Below are positions 19,981 through 37,189 of a DNA stretch of 64,000 bases, in pieces. The notes under the pieces are model-generated. The model saw nothing but the letters and a program-made list of their open reading frames with translations, was not told where the DNA came from and made no database searches. The position numbers and the translations under genes are program-made. Each line of letters opens with the position of its first letter. The stretch's first letter is position 1. This DNA comes from the human T2T-CHM13v2.0 reference genome, Homo sapiens, in NCBI RefSeq assembly GCF_009914755.1, contig NC_060942.1. One strand, written 5' to 3'.

Positions 19981-21387
19981 CCAGGACCCAGCGCCTGGCA
20001 GCACCAGCATTATTACTCACTCTCTCATCCTGAATGCTCTGAAGGAGCCGTCTGCTCAGCCAGGACCCCCATGGTCTTCCTGTCCAACAGCCCTCAGGGT
20101 TCCACATTTCTCAAGCCAGCCCCCCGACCCTACTTCAGATGGCAGGCACAATTAGATATGGTCTTCCTCCTCTGCCGTGGTTTTGTGAAGTCAGCAGGGT
20201 CACCTACTTCACTTTGCTGCCATGTGGGACCTCTCCCTTCCCATTCTTATGATTCCAGGCCTTCAGTTAACCACCCTCCTTCAGGTTACATTATCTGACA
20301 CAAAAGACACAGTGCAAAGCAGAGGAGAGTAGAAGGCTCGGGGTTTAGTTTTTGAATATTTGGATATTAACCAACTGTTAAAAGTCAAAGTGACACAGGC
20401 AGGTACACTTGGAGGAGAGCCCATCTCCTGCACCCTTGCCCGCCCACTCACCTCGGCCTTTCCCGGGCTGCCTTCCTGCTCTTCTAGTGTGTCTCTGCTG
20501 TGTCTCTCTTTGTAATGAGAAGCAAATGTTTGTATGTTCTTATTTTCTTTTTCTGGCTTATCATAATGTGAAATTTAGAATTTTATATAGTTAATTATAG
20601 GCTGGTATTTTTATTGTTCTAAATATTTAGATTCAGGGGAGAACTGATCATGTTTATAATGTTGAATCTTTATGAGAACACGGAATGTGAAAACATCAGC
20701 GATGTTTGGTTACTATGGATTCAGTACACTTTTTACGTTTCTTAAGTATTTTAAGATTCTAATGATATTGTGTAGGGAGGTCTTTTGGCCATATGTTGTG
20801 TTACGTGCCTGTAGGAAAGCGATGCATTTGTGTGTGTTAGTTTTCCCTGCCATCCTCCCTGATTCTCTATGCAGCCTCATCTACACATAATAATCGGGTA
20901 GTAAGTTTTTGGTTCTGTGTTGTTGCAACTAGCATATGCGCAGTTTTTAAAAAAAAATCACCCTTATATCATTTATTCGTTTTCATAGTATGTAGCGATG
21001 GCATATTCACTTAACTTTTTATTTTGAAAAATTCCAATCCTAAGTGAAGATTTGAAATAATAGTACAATGGATATTTGTATAACCTTTTCCTGGACTCAC
21101 CAATTGATAAATTTGCCAGATCTCACCTCCCCCCTTCTCCCTTTTTTGAACAATTTTCAAGTAATCTACAGATTTCACGTTATTTTACCACTAAATACTT
21201 CAGGATGTAGCCCCTAAAAACAAAGACACTTTTCTTCATTTCACAAAACAGTGATCACAGTTTAACATTGCTGTAATATCCATTTTCAGAGGTCCCTATC
21301 TGGAGGGGAAAAGAGTGACATTTTACAAGGGGAGCAGTTAGTTTTGAACAGATGAGATACTTCTCTTTTGACCCTGGAAGAAGTGGA

Positions 21388-22068
21388 AGAGGGCTCAGGT
21401 GGAGGCGAGTGCAGGTGGAGGAGGAAGGGGGAAAGGGCTCAGCTGGAGGCGGGTGCAGGTGGAGGAGGAAGGGGGAGAGGGCTCAGCTGGAGGCAGGTGC
21501 AGGTGGAGGAGGAAGGGGGAGAGGGCTCAGCTGGAGGCGGGTGCAGGTGGAGGAGAAAGGGGGAGAGGGCTCAGGTGGAGGCAGGTGCAGGTGGAGGAGG
21601 AAGGGGGAGAGGGCTCAGCTGGAGGCGGGTGCAGGTGGAGGAGGAAGGGGGAGAGGGCTCAGCTGGAGGCGGGTGCAGGTGGAGGAGAAAGGGGGAGAGG
21701 GCTCAGGTGGAGGCGGGTGCAGGTGGAGGAGGAAGGGGGAGAGGGCTCAGGTGGAGGCGGGTGCAGGTGGAGGAGAAAGGGGGAGAGGGCTCAGGTGGAG
21801 GCAGGTGCAGGTGGAGGAGGAAGGGGGAGAGGGCTCAGCTGGAGGCGGGTGCAGGTGGAGGAGGAAGGGGGAGAGGGCTCAGCTGGAGGCGGGTGCAGGT
21901 GGAGGAGGAAGGGGGAGAGGGCTCAGGTGGAGGCGGGTGCAGGTGGAGGAGGAAGGGGGAGAGGGCTCAGCTGGAGGCAGGTGCAGGTGGAGGAGAAAGG
22001 GGGAGAGGGCTCAGGTGGAGGCGGGTGCAGGTGGAGGAGGAAGGGGGAGAGGACTCAGGTGGAGGTGG
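21388..22068. repeat. 44-bp G-rich VNTR, about 15 copies
   Basis: Unit GGAGGCGGGTGCAGGTGGAGGAGGAAGGGGGAGAGGGCTCAG(C/G)T; ORF translations repeat every 44 aa (3 x 44 nt). Confidence 0.97.
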
Positions 22069-24629
22069 AAGTGGAGCAGCTCCTGGTATGTCTTGCACGT
22101 GTTCCCAGCTTTCCTCAGACTGTGCTTTCTTAGTGTCTCATGAAGTTTTTTATAGACTTTCAGGCAGAACCCAAGGGTCTGCGTATTAACCAGTTAGATC
22201 TGTATGATCTAGTAAGTATTTCTGTCTTAATAACTTAATAGTTATTTGAAAGACCAACCCGGGTGTGTTGGGTACTGCACAGCGTCTGTATCCTTGCATT
22301 TCCTATTTACAATCATTCGTACATTGATTTTGGAGTTTTCTCTTCCACGTGGTTCTTCACTTCATCTTTGATCTTTAACCACAGCAACCGTGGAAACTTA
22401 GCTTCACAAAGACATGATGTTATTGAAACTGAAGTACCTCAATCTAGTTTCTGGGTGTTATTGGTCAAGTGTGGAGCACCGCTGTTTCCCTTGAACATGT
22501 GACCTATTCCTGGGCCTCCTCATAAGCTTGTTATGGTGCACTGCAGTGCCTCAGTTCATGGGCTGGGGCTGAGGCCTTAGAGCCCACATTTCTCTGGGAA
22601 ATGGAAACATTACTCTGTCTTCACCAAAAACATGGGGTGGCCTGAGGCATCTAGAGATCTGCATGGGGTGCCTATTTTGGGAAATGAGAGCAGAGCCTGA
22701 GTGGGGCACATCTGTGGGTAGCCCTGGGAGCTGAGAGCCCATCTGGTTGTGGAGTCTGGGCTGGGCGGGGGTATGGTCTGCTTTCCACCGCTCAGCCGCT
22801 GGGAGGAGTGGAGATGGTGGTTTGCCTGGAGGTGGGGGCTTCTGAAGCATGTGCTGTGGAATAACAAAGGAGTCAGGGCCATGGGAATGTTGGCGGGAGA
22901 GCTGAAATGTTGAGCCGTGTGTTCTAGGCAGAGAGGTGAAACTTGAGGGGTGTGCGTGAACCCTCTGTTAGGATGACACAGGTAAAGGTGGTTGAAGATG
23001 TCTGTGCATGCCACATGTTCTGGGTGGCCCAACCCGAGGACGACATGAAGGGCAAAGATTACCTCTAAGGCTACACCCATCTACAGGGGTCACCAGCACA
23101 GTGAGCTTTACCGTTTTCCATTCTGAAGTTCCTTCAGATGTGCCTTTTAATACTTCACTGTGATTTCCTCCATCACTGGAAAGAGAAACAACTGTTAGCT
23201 GTCATTCGCAGATGTTCTAAAGTATTTATACCTTATTTTGAAAACCTTCCCTTCGTCCTGTTTTCTCTTCCACAGATGGGCCAGGTTCTTTCCAGATCAC
23301 TTCCCACAGTGGTGCTCACATTCTTTGCTGTTTGCTTCAGTCCCTGCCTCTGCTGTTGTGTGGTTTTGTTATGCCGTGGTCTCCTGGGTAGGACCACATC
23401 ATCTGAACTTTGTGCAGCCTACTCTCATCCAAACCCTCAGTTCTGTTTGTAAAACTCCAGCTCCCTTCGTCTCTTGCTGTTGTGGTTGTAAGAACTTACA
23501 CATTCCTTCGCTTCTGACTCCTTTTTAAATTTTTTTGAAAAGTCTTTTGAGAAATATGTGTTTTCTGAAATCGCTTGACTTTACATTTCTATTACTACTC
23601 ACCCCTGCTTCTGGTTTCTCCCTTCAGCACACAGCAGGCTGTCTTTGATTAATAACTGCTAACAGGAGAAGAAAGCGGGGAAGAGTCATGGAAGAGGCTT
23701 TGCTGAAGTCTGGCGTGAAGCTGGTGAGGGAGCTGTGAGGATGCTTCACAGCTTCCTTGGCACTGTGTGTCTGTGCTGCCGGAGGAAGGGTTCTGGAAGT
23801 TGGGCTGTCACATTCAGCCACCTGAACTTAGCACCCTCATACTGAGCTCAAGATTTACATGAGCAGAGGGGAAAAAGGCCTCATTGTGCTTGTTCTGTAA
23901 TAACGTGTTGGCAATATGTTGGCTCTCTTTTTTCCAACTGTTGTGTTGATGCTTAGGTCAGAGTTTGTGACTGTGCCTCCCTCACCTGGCAGGCTGGCGT
24001 ATGTGGTACAGAGCTGGTAGGGCAGCCGTGCCCTCAGGTTTGTCCAACATCTTCATTTGTTATCTCTGAGTTCTTTGCTTCTGAACCATGGTTTACAGTG
24101 AGAACGGGAGGAGGAAGGTGCACTGCTTCTCTTTAAAGGCGTTATCTGGAAGATGCATTTCAGTCCTGCTCACATTCAGTTGGGTAGAACGTAGTCATCA
24201 GGCCAGTGATCTAGTGGTTGGGCGGCTGCGAAATAGTGTTGAGCTGATTAGCTGTATGCTCAGCCAGTAAGTCTATTATTGCATAAGAAAGGAAGAATCA
24301 GTATTGGAGCACAATTAAAAGTCTTTTCCCTGTATGTCAAAATAATACATTCCTTGCTGCCTTTGCATTTTGTGTTTGATTTTTCAGTTAATTGATTTGA
24401 ATATGGCATATTAATAGTAACTAGAGGGATAATTTCTTACCTTTAATTGTATTTAAAAATAACCTCTAAGGTTCCAGCCACAGTGGAGCAGCTTCCTTCT
24501 CCTAGGGGTCCCCCGTATCACTATTGTTAGAGATAACCAGCCAACAGGCACAGAAGGACTCTGAAAGGCATCAGAGGTGGCGGACGGTTGGAGGGACTTG
24601 AGGAATAATGTGGCCGTCAGCTCCCATTA

Positions 24630-24931
24630 TTTCTTTTTTCTTTTCTTTTTGAGACAGAGTTTCGCTCTTGTCGCCCGGGCTGGAGTGCAGTGGTGCGATC
24701 CAGCTCACTGCAAGCTCCACCTCCTGGGTTCAAGCCATTCTCCTGCCTCAGCCTCCCGAGTAGCTGGGACGACAGGCGCCCGTCACCACGCCCGGCTAGT
24801 TTTTTGTATTTTTAGTAGAGATGGGATTTCACTGTGTTAGCCAGGATGGTCTCAATCTCCTGACCTAGTGATCCGTCTGCCTCAGCCTCCCAAAATGCTG
24901 GGATTACAGGCGTGAGCCACCCTGCCCGGCC
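24630..24931 (-). mobile_element. AluY
   Basis: gcaagctccacc...gttagccaggatggtctc diagnostics. Confidence 0.92.
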
Positions 24932-25669
24932 TGGGTTTCTTTTTTTCTTCCCAGACACCTGGACACGGTTTTGAAGAAGCCTGCAGCCTTCTGCCAACAA
25001 GCGGAGAAGAAAAACACTCCAAGAAAAGCTGGTTTCCCTTAGCCAGTACTGGGAAAAGGTTGGTCCAACAGAACAGAAAATCTTTTTATGGTATTTACTC
25101 AATTCCAATGAAATGCCAACTGAAAAGCTGCTCAGCGGAGCCGAGTACAGCATTGAACTTCTATCCCATTCTGCCCCCGTCCCTTGGGAGCTGGCAGCAC
25201 TTCGATTTCCCCGGTGCTTGGGCCCAAGCAGGGAGCTAACCTTGCATCCAGGAGGGGGATTCTCCTGGCAGAGGGAGGAGACACCCAGAATTCCCCTCCC
25301 AGCGTGTTGGCAGAGTCTATCTTTGGAAGCCCGGCTTCCATCCTCCCTTAGCAGAAGCAGGGAGTGTTCTGATTCTCCCTCCAGAGTGTGTCAGTGGGTC
25401 CACTAGGGAGTTGGGCCTCCCTCCCCATCAGTGATGAGACAGAACCATGCAAGACAGACAAGTCTGCACTGTGCTTTCCTCCCACTGCGGTCAGTGGGGC
25501 TCTGCGAAATGGGTCTCTGCTGCTGCTGGTCCTTACACTGCATCTGAACAGGGCAGCTGCTGCTCAAAGGAGAGCCCAAGAGCTGGTCCCACAGTTTAAC
25601 ACCCAAAGTGTCTAGGACACAGACACGAGCCAGCACAGTCCCTGCTGGAACAAGGAAAGAGCGGTATCA

Positions 25670-28190
<2,521 letters not shown>

Positions 28191-31100
28191 AATGGCCCAG
28201 CACAGTTCCTGGCAGGTAGAGAGTTCAACTAGTGACAGCTGTTGGAATTATTGCTTTTTAAACTATTCACCACTTAGGACATTCAGAGAGCCTTCTGAAG
28301 AAAGCCACTTCGTTTGGTAGAAAGTGCAGGTACTTTGAGGTCTGGGGGAGCTGCTGTTGCTCCTTCAGTGAGGTTGAAGATGAAGTGAGATGAAAGTCAG
28401 TGAAGCACCCAGCAGTTTGTTGGGTGTAGACAGTATTGGGGGCACCAGTGCAGGGTCCCCTGAAACCTTGGAAATAGGACTAAAATTGCTTCCTAAGGGT
28501 TAAACTCTGAAATCATCAACATTGGATTGGAGTAGTAAAAAGTTACAGTTAAAATGGGTGCATTTGTTATATGTAAAGTATGCCTCATTAAAATTGGTTT
28601 AGAAAATAACCTGTAAACATGTCTTCTTAAATATACTTAGGAACTAAATTAACTTTTTAGTTTAAGGTGTTCCGTTTTTAAGTTTTACTTTCAGAACACT
28701 GAAATCTAATTTTTAGTTACTGCTCTATTGAGATTTATAGTCTAAAATTCACACTGGTCACTACTCTGTCCAAATAAATCTCAAACCCAGAAGAGTAAAC
28801 CAGAAAAATTACTGTAGTTTTTAAATCACTTAGGAATTTTTCTTAAAAGTCACATAATTATTGAAGGTCACATTATTTTTTGAGTAAATCACTTCCCTTA
28901 AGGGGTGTTACAGAATGTTTGGAGAAACAACACATGCATGCCCACACACACTCAACACAAACAACTTTCCCACGGAAGACATTGTTCACATTTATTGATC
29001 ATCTCAGTGGCACGTACAAATGAATAGTGATGGATCAGGTTCTGTAAGTGTTGAGGGAAGAGCAGCGTTTTGTGGGGTGGGTTTGGGGTTTATTTTGTGT
29101 GTTGAGCAGTAGCCGAGGTCAGCAGAGGCACACTGCATTAGGAAAAGAAGCATGGCTTCTGAGAAGGCCAGGACAGGAGACAGGATGATGATGGGGGGGA
29201 TCCTGGAGGGGATTCGGAGAAGGGGAAAATCCCAAACACTCGGAGTCTGGTGAACACACGCTGCCATCCGAGGGCCGGGGTTGGACAGGAGAGCAGCCTT
29301 GATGCAGTCAGTACCTAGCATTGCACGCTCTGGTCTTTTAGAGATGATCGTATCTTCAGCAAGGTGGAGACAGATGAAAATGCCATGCATTTCTCTTGAT
29401 GATTTCCCATGGCCACTTAGCATCATGAGAATTACCCCAGGACAGCCTCTGCCTCTAGGTGAGAGATGTGATGTTAACTCTGTATGGAGGGTGCAGTAAG
29501 TGGAAGGCCCGTTGTCCTAGTGGCCTGTGACTATACATGGGGTGTTGTTCTTCTTACAGAAGAACACTTCCTCAAGTGTTGCCAGGGCGCGCAGGGGGAG
29601 GGAGGAGCATCGTGGCTCTTTTTGGCTTGCAGGAGAGAAAGCAGAAAGACAGTGATGTAGCCGTCTGTAAGCTGGCAGGTCTTGGCTGTGGCCTGGGAGG
29701 TGCTGGATCCTGCTCGCACCATCTGAGCACGTCGTGCATAAACTGGGGTTGTCACTCAGACAGATCCAACAAATGCCTGAGTAATATCCGTGTAGATATC
29801 CCTGAAACACATGAATCAGATCATTTGGTAAAAGAGTAAGTGAAAAGAGGGTGGGTGTGAGCCAGGGCAGTATCAGTACGGAGAGGAGCGGGCTGCGAGG
29901 GGTTTTGTGATGTGATTTTGAGACAGGAGGCATAGTGGGGAATCATTGGTAATGAAAGCAGTGCATTTTGTTCAGATGCATTCAGGACTGCAGAGGTTTT
30001 TTTTTTTTTTTAAGAGCTGCATCAAATTATGATTTTTTTTTGTGGGGAGTTTCCTAGAACAAATTTTCTTTTATCAACAAGTCACTAAAAATTTAGTAGT
30101 TTATTATTTCCTTAAATTATTATACAATAATACTACTTTAAAGTTATTTAAATGATTTTTGGATTTCTCAAAACATTTCACTTTTCTTTGTCTTTTTCTG
30201 CAGTGTAGCTAGAGGTAGTATCAATTAACAGCCTCATTTTAATGAGGTTTACAAACATTTATTTACAAGACTAGTATATGCAGATCAGAAAAAAGTCTGA
30301 TAGGAAAAAATCAATGTATTTTTATTTGGAAATAACAGTTTATGCTCATTGACAGGTCATGTTTTTTCATGTTTGTACAGTTCATTTTGAGGATCATTTA
30401 AGTAAATACTGTAATTGTGTGATGGAACTCCAAATGAGTGAATTAACTGAAATTTGTACTAAGTCAGCAATGGCTACTGATGAAGTAATTATTGAGTTCT
30501 CACTCTAGGCCACGCACAGTCAGCGTCTTACAGGTGTCATTTTGTCTAACCTCGTAACAGCCCTGTGAGGGCAGGGGTGATTGTTATCCCTGTTTCATAG
30601 GCTCAGGGTGGGCAACACACCCAAACTAGCAGCTTAGCTAGTGATTGGCAGCCTTAAGGTGAACCTAGACCCAGCTGTAGAACATCTAGACCAGCATCAT
30701 CTAAGTGAAAGATGAGGAATTTAAAATTTTCTAGTAGCCACATTTTTAAAAGAAAAAAAAAACCCAAACAGGTGAAATAAATGTTAATATATTTATTAAA
30801 ATATGTCCAAAATATGAACTCAAATATGAAAGATTACTGAGCTGTCATTCTTGTATTTTTGCTCGGAGTCTTTGAACTCCTGTGTGTGTGTGTGCTGCAG
30901 TTACCCCACGCCTTGCTTCAGAGGGTCCCTGGTTCACACGCTCAGTCAGCCGGGCCACAGCCTGCACTCTGCTCTGCCTCTGAACCAAGCAAGACAGTGA
31001 TGTGGTCTATCTACTAAAAACTTGGAAGCTGGCATTTTGTTTCAAGGTCGTCTCTTAAACCATAATCTTACTTTGAATTCTTTCCTGACCCTTTGTAGTG

Positions 31101-31454
31101 CTGAGGTCATCCTACTTCTCTCTAAAGCGCTCACAGAATAGGCGGACCCAGTCCCATTACCCAACACCACTTCGAAGCAGAACTCATTTTGCTCAAAAAT
31201 TGTGTCAATCTCTCACCCTTTTCCCAATGTTTCTGTCTTTTTCTTCCAATAAAGAAATGATTTTTGTATATTCAAATACATTTTTGAGAGGTGAAAGTGA
31301 TGCTTGTTCCAGAGGAAAGTATTAGATCAAAATCAAGATTAGAGAGACCAAGTAGTTTTCATTTAATTTGTGTATTAACCGTTGATCATACCAGTTCTTT
31401 GAAGGAGTGGTTTTGAAAGGTTTGCTCTGCTCACCGATGGGTTTTCTCTTCCAG

Positions 31455-31633
31455 AATCTCATCTGTTCTGAGTGTGGGGATGAGTTTACTCTGCAGAGTC
31501 AGCTGGCCGTGCACATGGAGGAGCACCGCCAGGAGCTGGCTGGAACCCGGCAGCATGCCTGCAAGGCCTGCAAGAAAGAGTTCGAGACCTCCTCGGAGCT
31601 GAAGGAACACATGAAGACTCATTACAAAATTAG
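31455..31633 (+). CDS. ZNF236: ZNF236 coding exon C (ZF4, ZF5)
   Basis: ctcttccag|AATCTC...AATTAG|gtatga; 179 nt, phase 0 to 2; [24 protein letters not shown]...[26 protein letters not shown]. Confidence 0.96.
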
Positions 31634-32443
31634 GTATGAGTCATTACATGGGCTTGGTCAAAAATCCATCTAATATGTTAAAAGCTGGCGCACTTTGGTA
31701 CGACCCACTGGAAATATTTGCTGCAAGAACCCAGCAAAGTGGAACCCCACAGATAATTTGGTGTCAGAACGTCTTTTATAACATGCATGGTGCATCCCTA
31801 CACATTAATGAATAGTGTCAGGCTATGTGAGTAGAAGTGTTTACCTAGTATTATAATGTTGAAAGCTGTAGAACAGGATACTGGCAATACATGTTTATGG
31901 GTAGGTAACAAAATATGTCAACTAGACTCACAAGGGTTTAATTAGTACTCCTTTTAATAAATTAGTTTGTGGTACCCAACCGTTAAAACTCATATGTGCC
32001 TGACACTGTTCTTAGCGTGTATATAAACAGAACCTCATTTCATCATTACAAACAACCCTGTTAGGCCAGAGTACTTTTATGTTCCCATTTTGCAGATGAG
32101 AAAACCAAGATTAGAGGAACCAAGTAGTTCTATGAGATTTTGTAGCTTATAAGTCAGGAGTTTGAAATTTAAACCATAAGAGTCTGATTTTAGAGCTCAT
32201 AATCTTAACAACTGACTATATTTGAATGCATTTATACATTTATTCGTAGTCAAACTTAACATGTTTTTAAAAATTTTATATTTTGCCTAATTCCTGATAA
32301 TATATTTTTACTGATGTTTCTGTTTCTTAATAAAGTGAAATAAAATATTCTTCCTGGCCCTTTGCTCAAGTTAGCTAATGGTGATAATCAGTTTTCACAC
32401 TAATTTAGCTAATTTCTCCAACAAACTCTAAAAGGCAATATTG

Positions 32444-32787
<344 letters not shown>

Positions 32788-33199
32788 TTAGCTTGCCATC
32801 CTTCTAAGCTGCAATGTTTAGGAAATATCTGTACTTCTTAACAACAAGAAGTTCCGTGCCAGTTGATTACCACAGTTTATAAAATGCCTGAAGACTCTAA
32901 TGTTTATTTAGCCTCTTAGACATTGCATTTGAGAAATGTGGACTGGACATCTCTGTATGATCAGCTGTCTCCTGTCTTTTTCATTTTGCCTCTTGTTGAC
33001 TAATGTGGTACGCACCTAATGCTTTATGATTTCAGTGATTTTTTTTTCTTTTTTCCCCAACCAATTTGATGGTAATTTCAGTGATTTTTAAACCCCCAAA
33101 TATAATACATGGTCTCTATACACTCCAGATTTTTATTCTCATGAGGCTTTAATGCAGGCATTTTTGATGTTTCCTTGGAGGTTTGAAAGATGATTGAAG

Positions 33200-34130
33200 A
33201 TGTTTAGGTGCTTGTGGCACTCAGACAGTCCTGGCTTCTAGGTCTTTCCAGACTGAGGAGCAAACCAGACAGACGAAGCCTCGCCCTCACAGAACTGCCC
33301 TTTAGTGAGAAGATAGGTAGTGACCAAGTGAGTGGGTTAGTCGGTACCACAGTTTCAGATAGTGGTGAGTGTCAAGAAAGAAGGACAGTGGGATGGGTGT
33401 GTGCAGTGTGGCTGAGGGAGGCTGGGGAGGCAGCTGTTGTGCGTGGGCCTTTCTGAGTGGGGCTTTTGGAAGGAGACTGGGGTGAGGAGCAGGGAGCCCT
33501 GCAGCCTTAGGGGACCCACCTTTCAGGCTGAAGGAGTGTGTTGGTGGAAGCAGTGAGCCTCCCTGGTCTGAGAAGCAGGAAGGTGGCTGGGGTGAGGAGA
33601 GCCTGCCCGGCGGGGCTGCGGATGTGCATTTCCCATGAGTGAGATGGGAGTCCTTGGAGGGTTTTGCACAAAGGGAATGGTGTGACCAGACTTTCGGGTG
33701 GCACTGGGCCTGGTGTGTGGGCAGGTGTCAAAAGCAGGGAGACCTTTTTGGAGGCTATGGAAGCAGTGCACTGGAGAGCCGAACCCGTTCTGAGGCCGCA
33801 ATGGTGGCTAGAGGGTGGAGAGACATGTCCACATTTGGGGGTGTTTCAGAGTAAGACCAGCAGCTTTTGGAGATGGACTAGAAAAATCCAGTGTGACTCC
33901 TGAGACTTAAATTTGTGCAAGAGGGAGCTTTCGTGTCTTGACATGGAAAGGAGCAGGTTGGGAATCAATGAAGAGTTCTGTTTTGGACACCACCCATGAG
34001 GCAATGCCAAGTGAGAGTTGGCTGTCCAGGGCTGGAGCCAGAGGAGGAGGCAGAGTTGCTGGAGGTAGGAGTTTGGACATCATTGGTATGCAGATGGTGC
34101 GGAGAGCAAGAGACTGGAGGAGGTGGTGTG
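33200..34130 (-). mobile_element. L2 remnant
   Basis: Purine-rich degenerate L2 motifs (gagttctgttttggacac, aagtgagagttggctgtccagggctggag). Confidence 0.55.
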
Positions 34131-34469
34131 GGTCAGGTGTCAGTGTAGAAATTATACCCGTAGCATCTTTGTTTCTGACCATCACAGGTAAAGCTTTGTC
34201 TAGAAGAGACATTTTGCTCCCCCTGTCCCAATTTCTGTTTTTGACCTGGAAAAAACAAATTTTTTTTCATCAAAAATAGAGAAAAATGAGTTTTATGATT
34301 TTTAAAACTAACACATATACACACAGACACATACATATATGTGATTGATTTATCATTAAAACAGGTTCTGATGACTAGTCAGCCAAATTTTCTGGTAGGA
34401 TTTTCATTTTGAAATTATGGTACAAGGGAGACATCTTACTGTGTATTTTGCCCCCCTTTATTACACTAG

Positions 34470-34594
34470 GGTATCAAGTACAAGGTCTTATAACCGGAAT
34501 ATCGACAGAAGTGGATTCACGTATTCGTGTCCGCACTGTGGAAAGACGTTTCAAAAGCCAAGCCAGTTAACGCGACACATTAGGATACACACAG
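34470..34594 (+). CDS. ZNF236: ZNF236 coding exon D (ZF6)
   Basis: ttacactag|GGTATC...CACACAG|gtatga; 125 nt, phase 2 to 1; [41 protein letters not shown]. Confidence 0.96.
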
Positions 34595-34967
34595 GTATGA
34601 AAACACTGACTTCTGGATGACTGACCGTGTGGCTGGAAGGGAAGAACAGGTGCCTTTTTGCTAGCTCGACTTGGAATCTGATCCCAGCTTTCTCATAGTT
34701 TGCTGGATAATCTTGCTGAAATTAGTTACTCTTTGTGTGATTTTATTTCCTCACTTGAAAAATGTGGCTCTTTTATCTGTATATAGCTGTCCTAAATTAT
34801 ACATTAACAAATATACTTAGTGCTCATTGAAAAGTGCTTGATACATGGTAGGCTGTTAATAATTGGGGGTTGATGTTATTACTGTTATTGGTATGGTATT
34901 TATTCCCTCATTTGTTGTTACTGTGTGTCAGATATTATACTGCACTAATTAGAGCTAAATTAACAAA

Positions 34968-35275
<308 letters not shown>

Positions 35276-36512
35276 AAGGAAGCAGTGGATTTTCATATTC
35301 TTTTATAATTTTGCCTTCACTACGCTATGAAACATTGAAATAATAAAACTATTTCTCCATGCCTTATCTTGTTCCTTAGTTTTGCTTGAATATTTGAAAG
35401 TGAGTACAGCATTCATAGCTGAATACTCTTTGCCATCTTGTAAAGAGCAGCCTGGTTATAATATTGTATTAGTAACACGCATGATCTCTAGGGAAGGAAA
35501 AAGGAAAATTGTACGAATATTTTTAGTATTTGAGGTTTGCAATTAAAATGATCCATGCTTTGTCCTTTTGTTTTCTTCTGTATTTCTTGATTTGGTTTTC
35601 TTTTATAGTGATAAAGTAAGAAATCTCACAGCTATTTTGCTTGGCTGCTATTGTTTGTCAAGCAGTTCTATTATGTTACATTGCTTTTTTTTTATTTTTC
35701 AGAGTTTTAGTGAATATTTCTATGTAGAGTATTGTGGAGTCATTCAGATGATTTCAATGTTTATATGTCAGCATAAAGTTAATATTTTTAGAGCATCAGT
35801 TTTTATTTATTTTCTAGAGTAAGAGAGAAAGAAAACAATGCCTTTGTAAATGTGCTAATACATTGTGTCTGTAGAGTATTCAGCTTTAATGTGTAGTCTT
35901 TGAAGTTTTAATCAATGAAAAAATAGTTTAAAAAGTTATAAACTTTACCCAAAGTAGAGATAAAGTAAAAAGTAAAGCAAATCCTTCTCGTGTTCACTTC
36001 TCAGTTGTCATTTACCTTTAACAGTTTGATATCTACCCCATTAGATGTTTTTTACGCGTACATAAATATACCGACATCATGAGCATACTCTCACTCCTAG
36101 AGAGACACATGCGTGTAGAATCACATACTTAGGTGTCATTTTGGGATTCTGTGATGCTACTCCTCCTGCATTGAACTTGAAGCATGTGTCACTTGCTCCA
36201 ATTGGCTTGTGAGCTGCCTGGAGAGAGCAGCAGGTCCCAGCCCCAGGAGTCACGTAGGCCGGTGTGGTTTAAACAGGAGGCTGGCGGGCCCGGGTGGAGG
36301 TGGCAGGGAGTGCCTGCTTGCTGTTCAGGCAATTCCGTGTTCTGGGCTTGGTCTTCCAATAGCTGTGCCTCACAGTGTGTGTGATGATGTGAGGGGGGTG
36401 ACCAGAATCCTGCTGGACCATGCCTGGATTGTGTATGCCCCAGCAGGGCTCCTGTCCAAAGGAGGCTGAGTACATTGCAGCATCGTCATCTAGAACAGGA
36501 AGGGTATCTCTT

Positions 36513-36950
36513 CGCAGGCAGTGTCGTGACTGGGCCACACTCTCGCCGTGCCTCCTGCCTGCCTGCCCTCCTCTCCTGTCTGCCCTCCTCTCCTGTCCCC
36601 ACGTAGGCAGTGCTGTGACTGGGCCACGCTGTCACCGTGCCTCCTGCCCCCCTGTCGTCCTCTCCTGTCCCCATGCGGGCAGAGCCGTGACCGGGCCACA
36701 CTCTCACTGTGCCTCCTGCCCGCCTGTCCTCCTCTCCTGTCGCCACACAGGCAGTGCTGTGACTGGGCCACACTCACCGTGCCTCCTGCCTGCCTGTCCT
36801 CCTCTCCTGTCCCCACGCAGGCAGTCCCATGTCCAGGCCACACTCTCACTGTGCCTCCTGCCCGCCTGTCCTCCTCTCCTGTCCCCATGCAGGCAGAGCC
36901 GTGACCGGGCCACACTCTCACTGTGCCTCCTGACTGTCTGTCCTCCTCTT
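36513..36950. repeat. 72-bp minisatellite, about 6 copies
   Basis: GGGCCAC anchor at 36532, 36621, 36693, 36765, 36835 (variant), 36907. Confidence 0.9.
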
Positions 36951-37189
36951 TCACACCCTTGCCCCCTCCGAGTTAAAGCAGGGATTTTTACCATTTGTGT
37001 ACTGTCCCCAAGCTTGTTATATCTCATTCACTTATTTAACCCTAAAGCTGTTCAGAGAAGCAGGGATCTGATGTTATTATGAACTCAGCTGCTTTCTGTT
37101 TCTTAGGGAGTGAAAATTTAGTAAGACTAGAAATTTAAGTAGCCTTGCAGTTAGGTTCTAACCTAACTCGATTTTGTCTTTTTGCTCAT

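Noticed and set aside
21352-22189. Three overlapping 244-273 aa ORFs
   Set aside because: Products of a stop-free 44-bp VNTR; no splice, promoter or codon support.
36420-37082. 220-aa Pro/Cys-rich ORF
   Set aside because: Arises from the 72-bp minisatellite.
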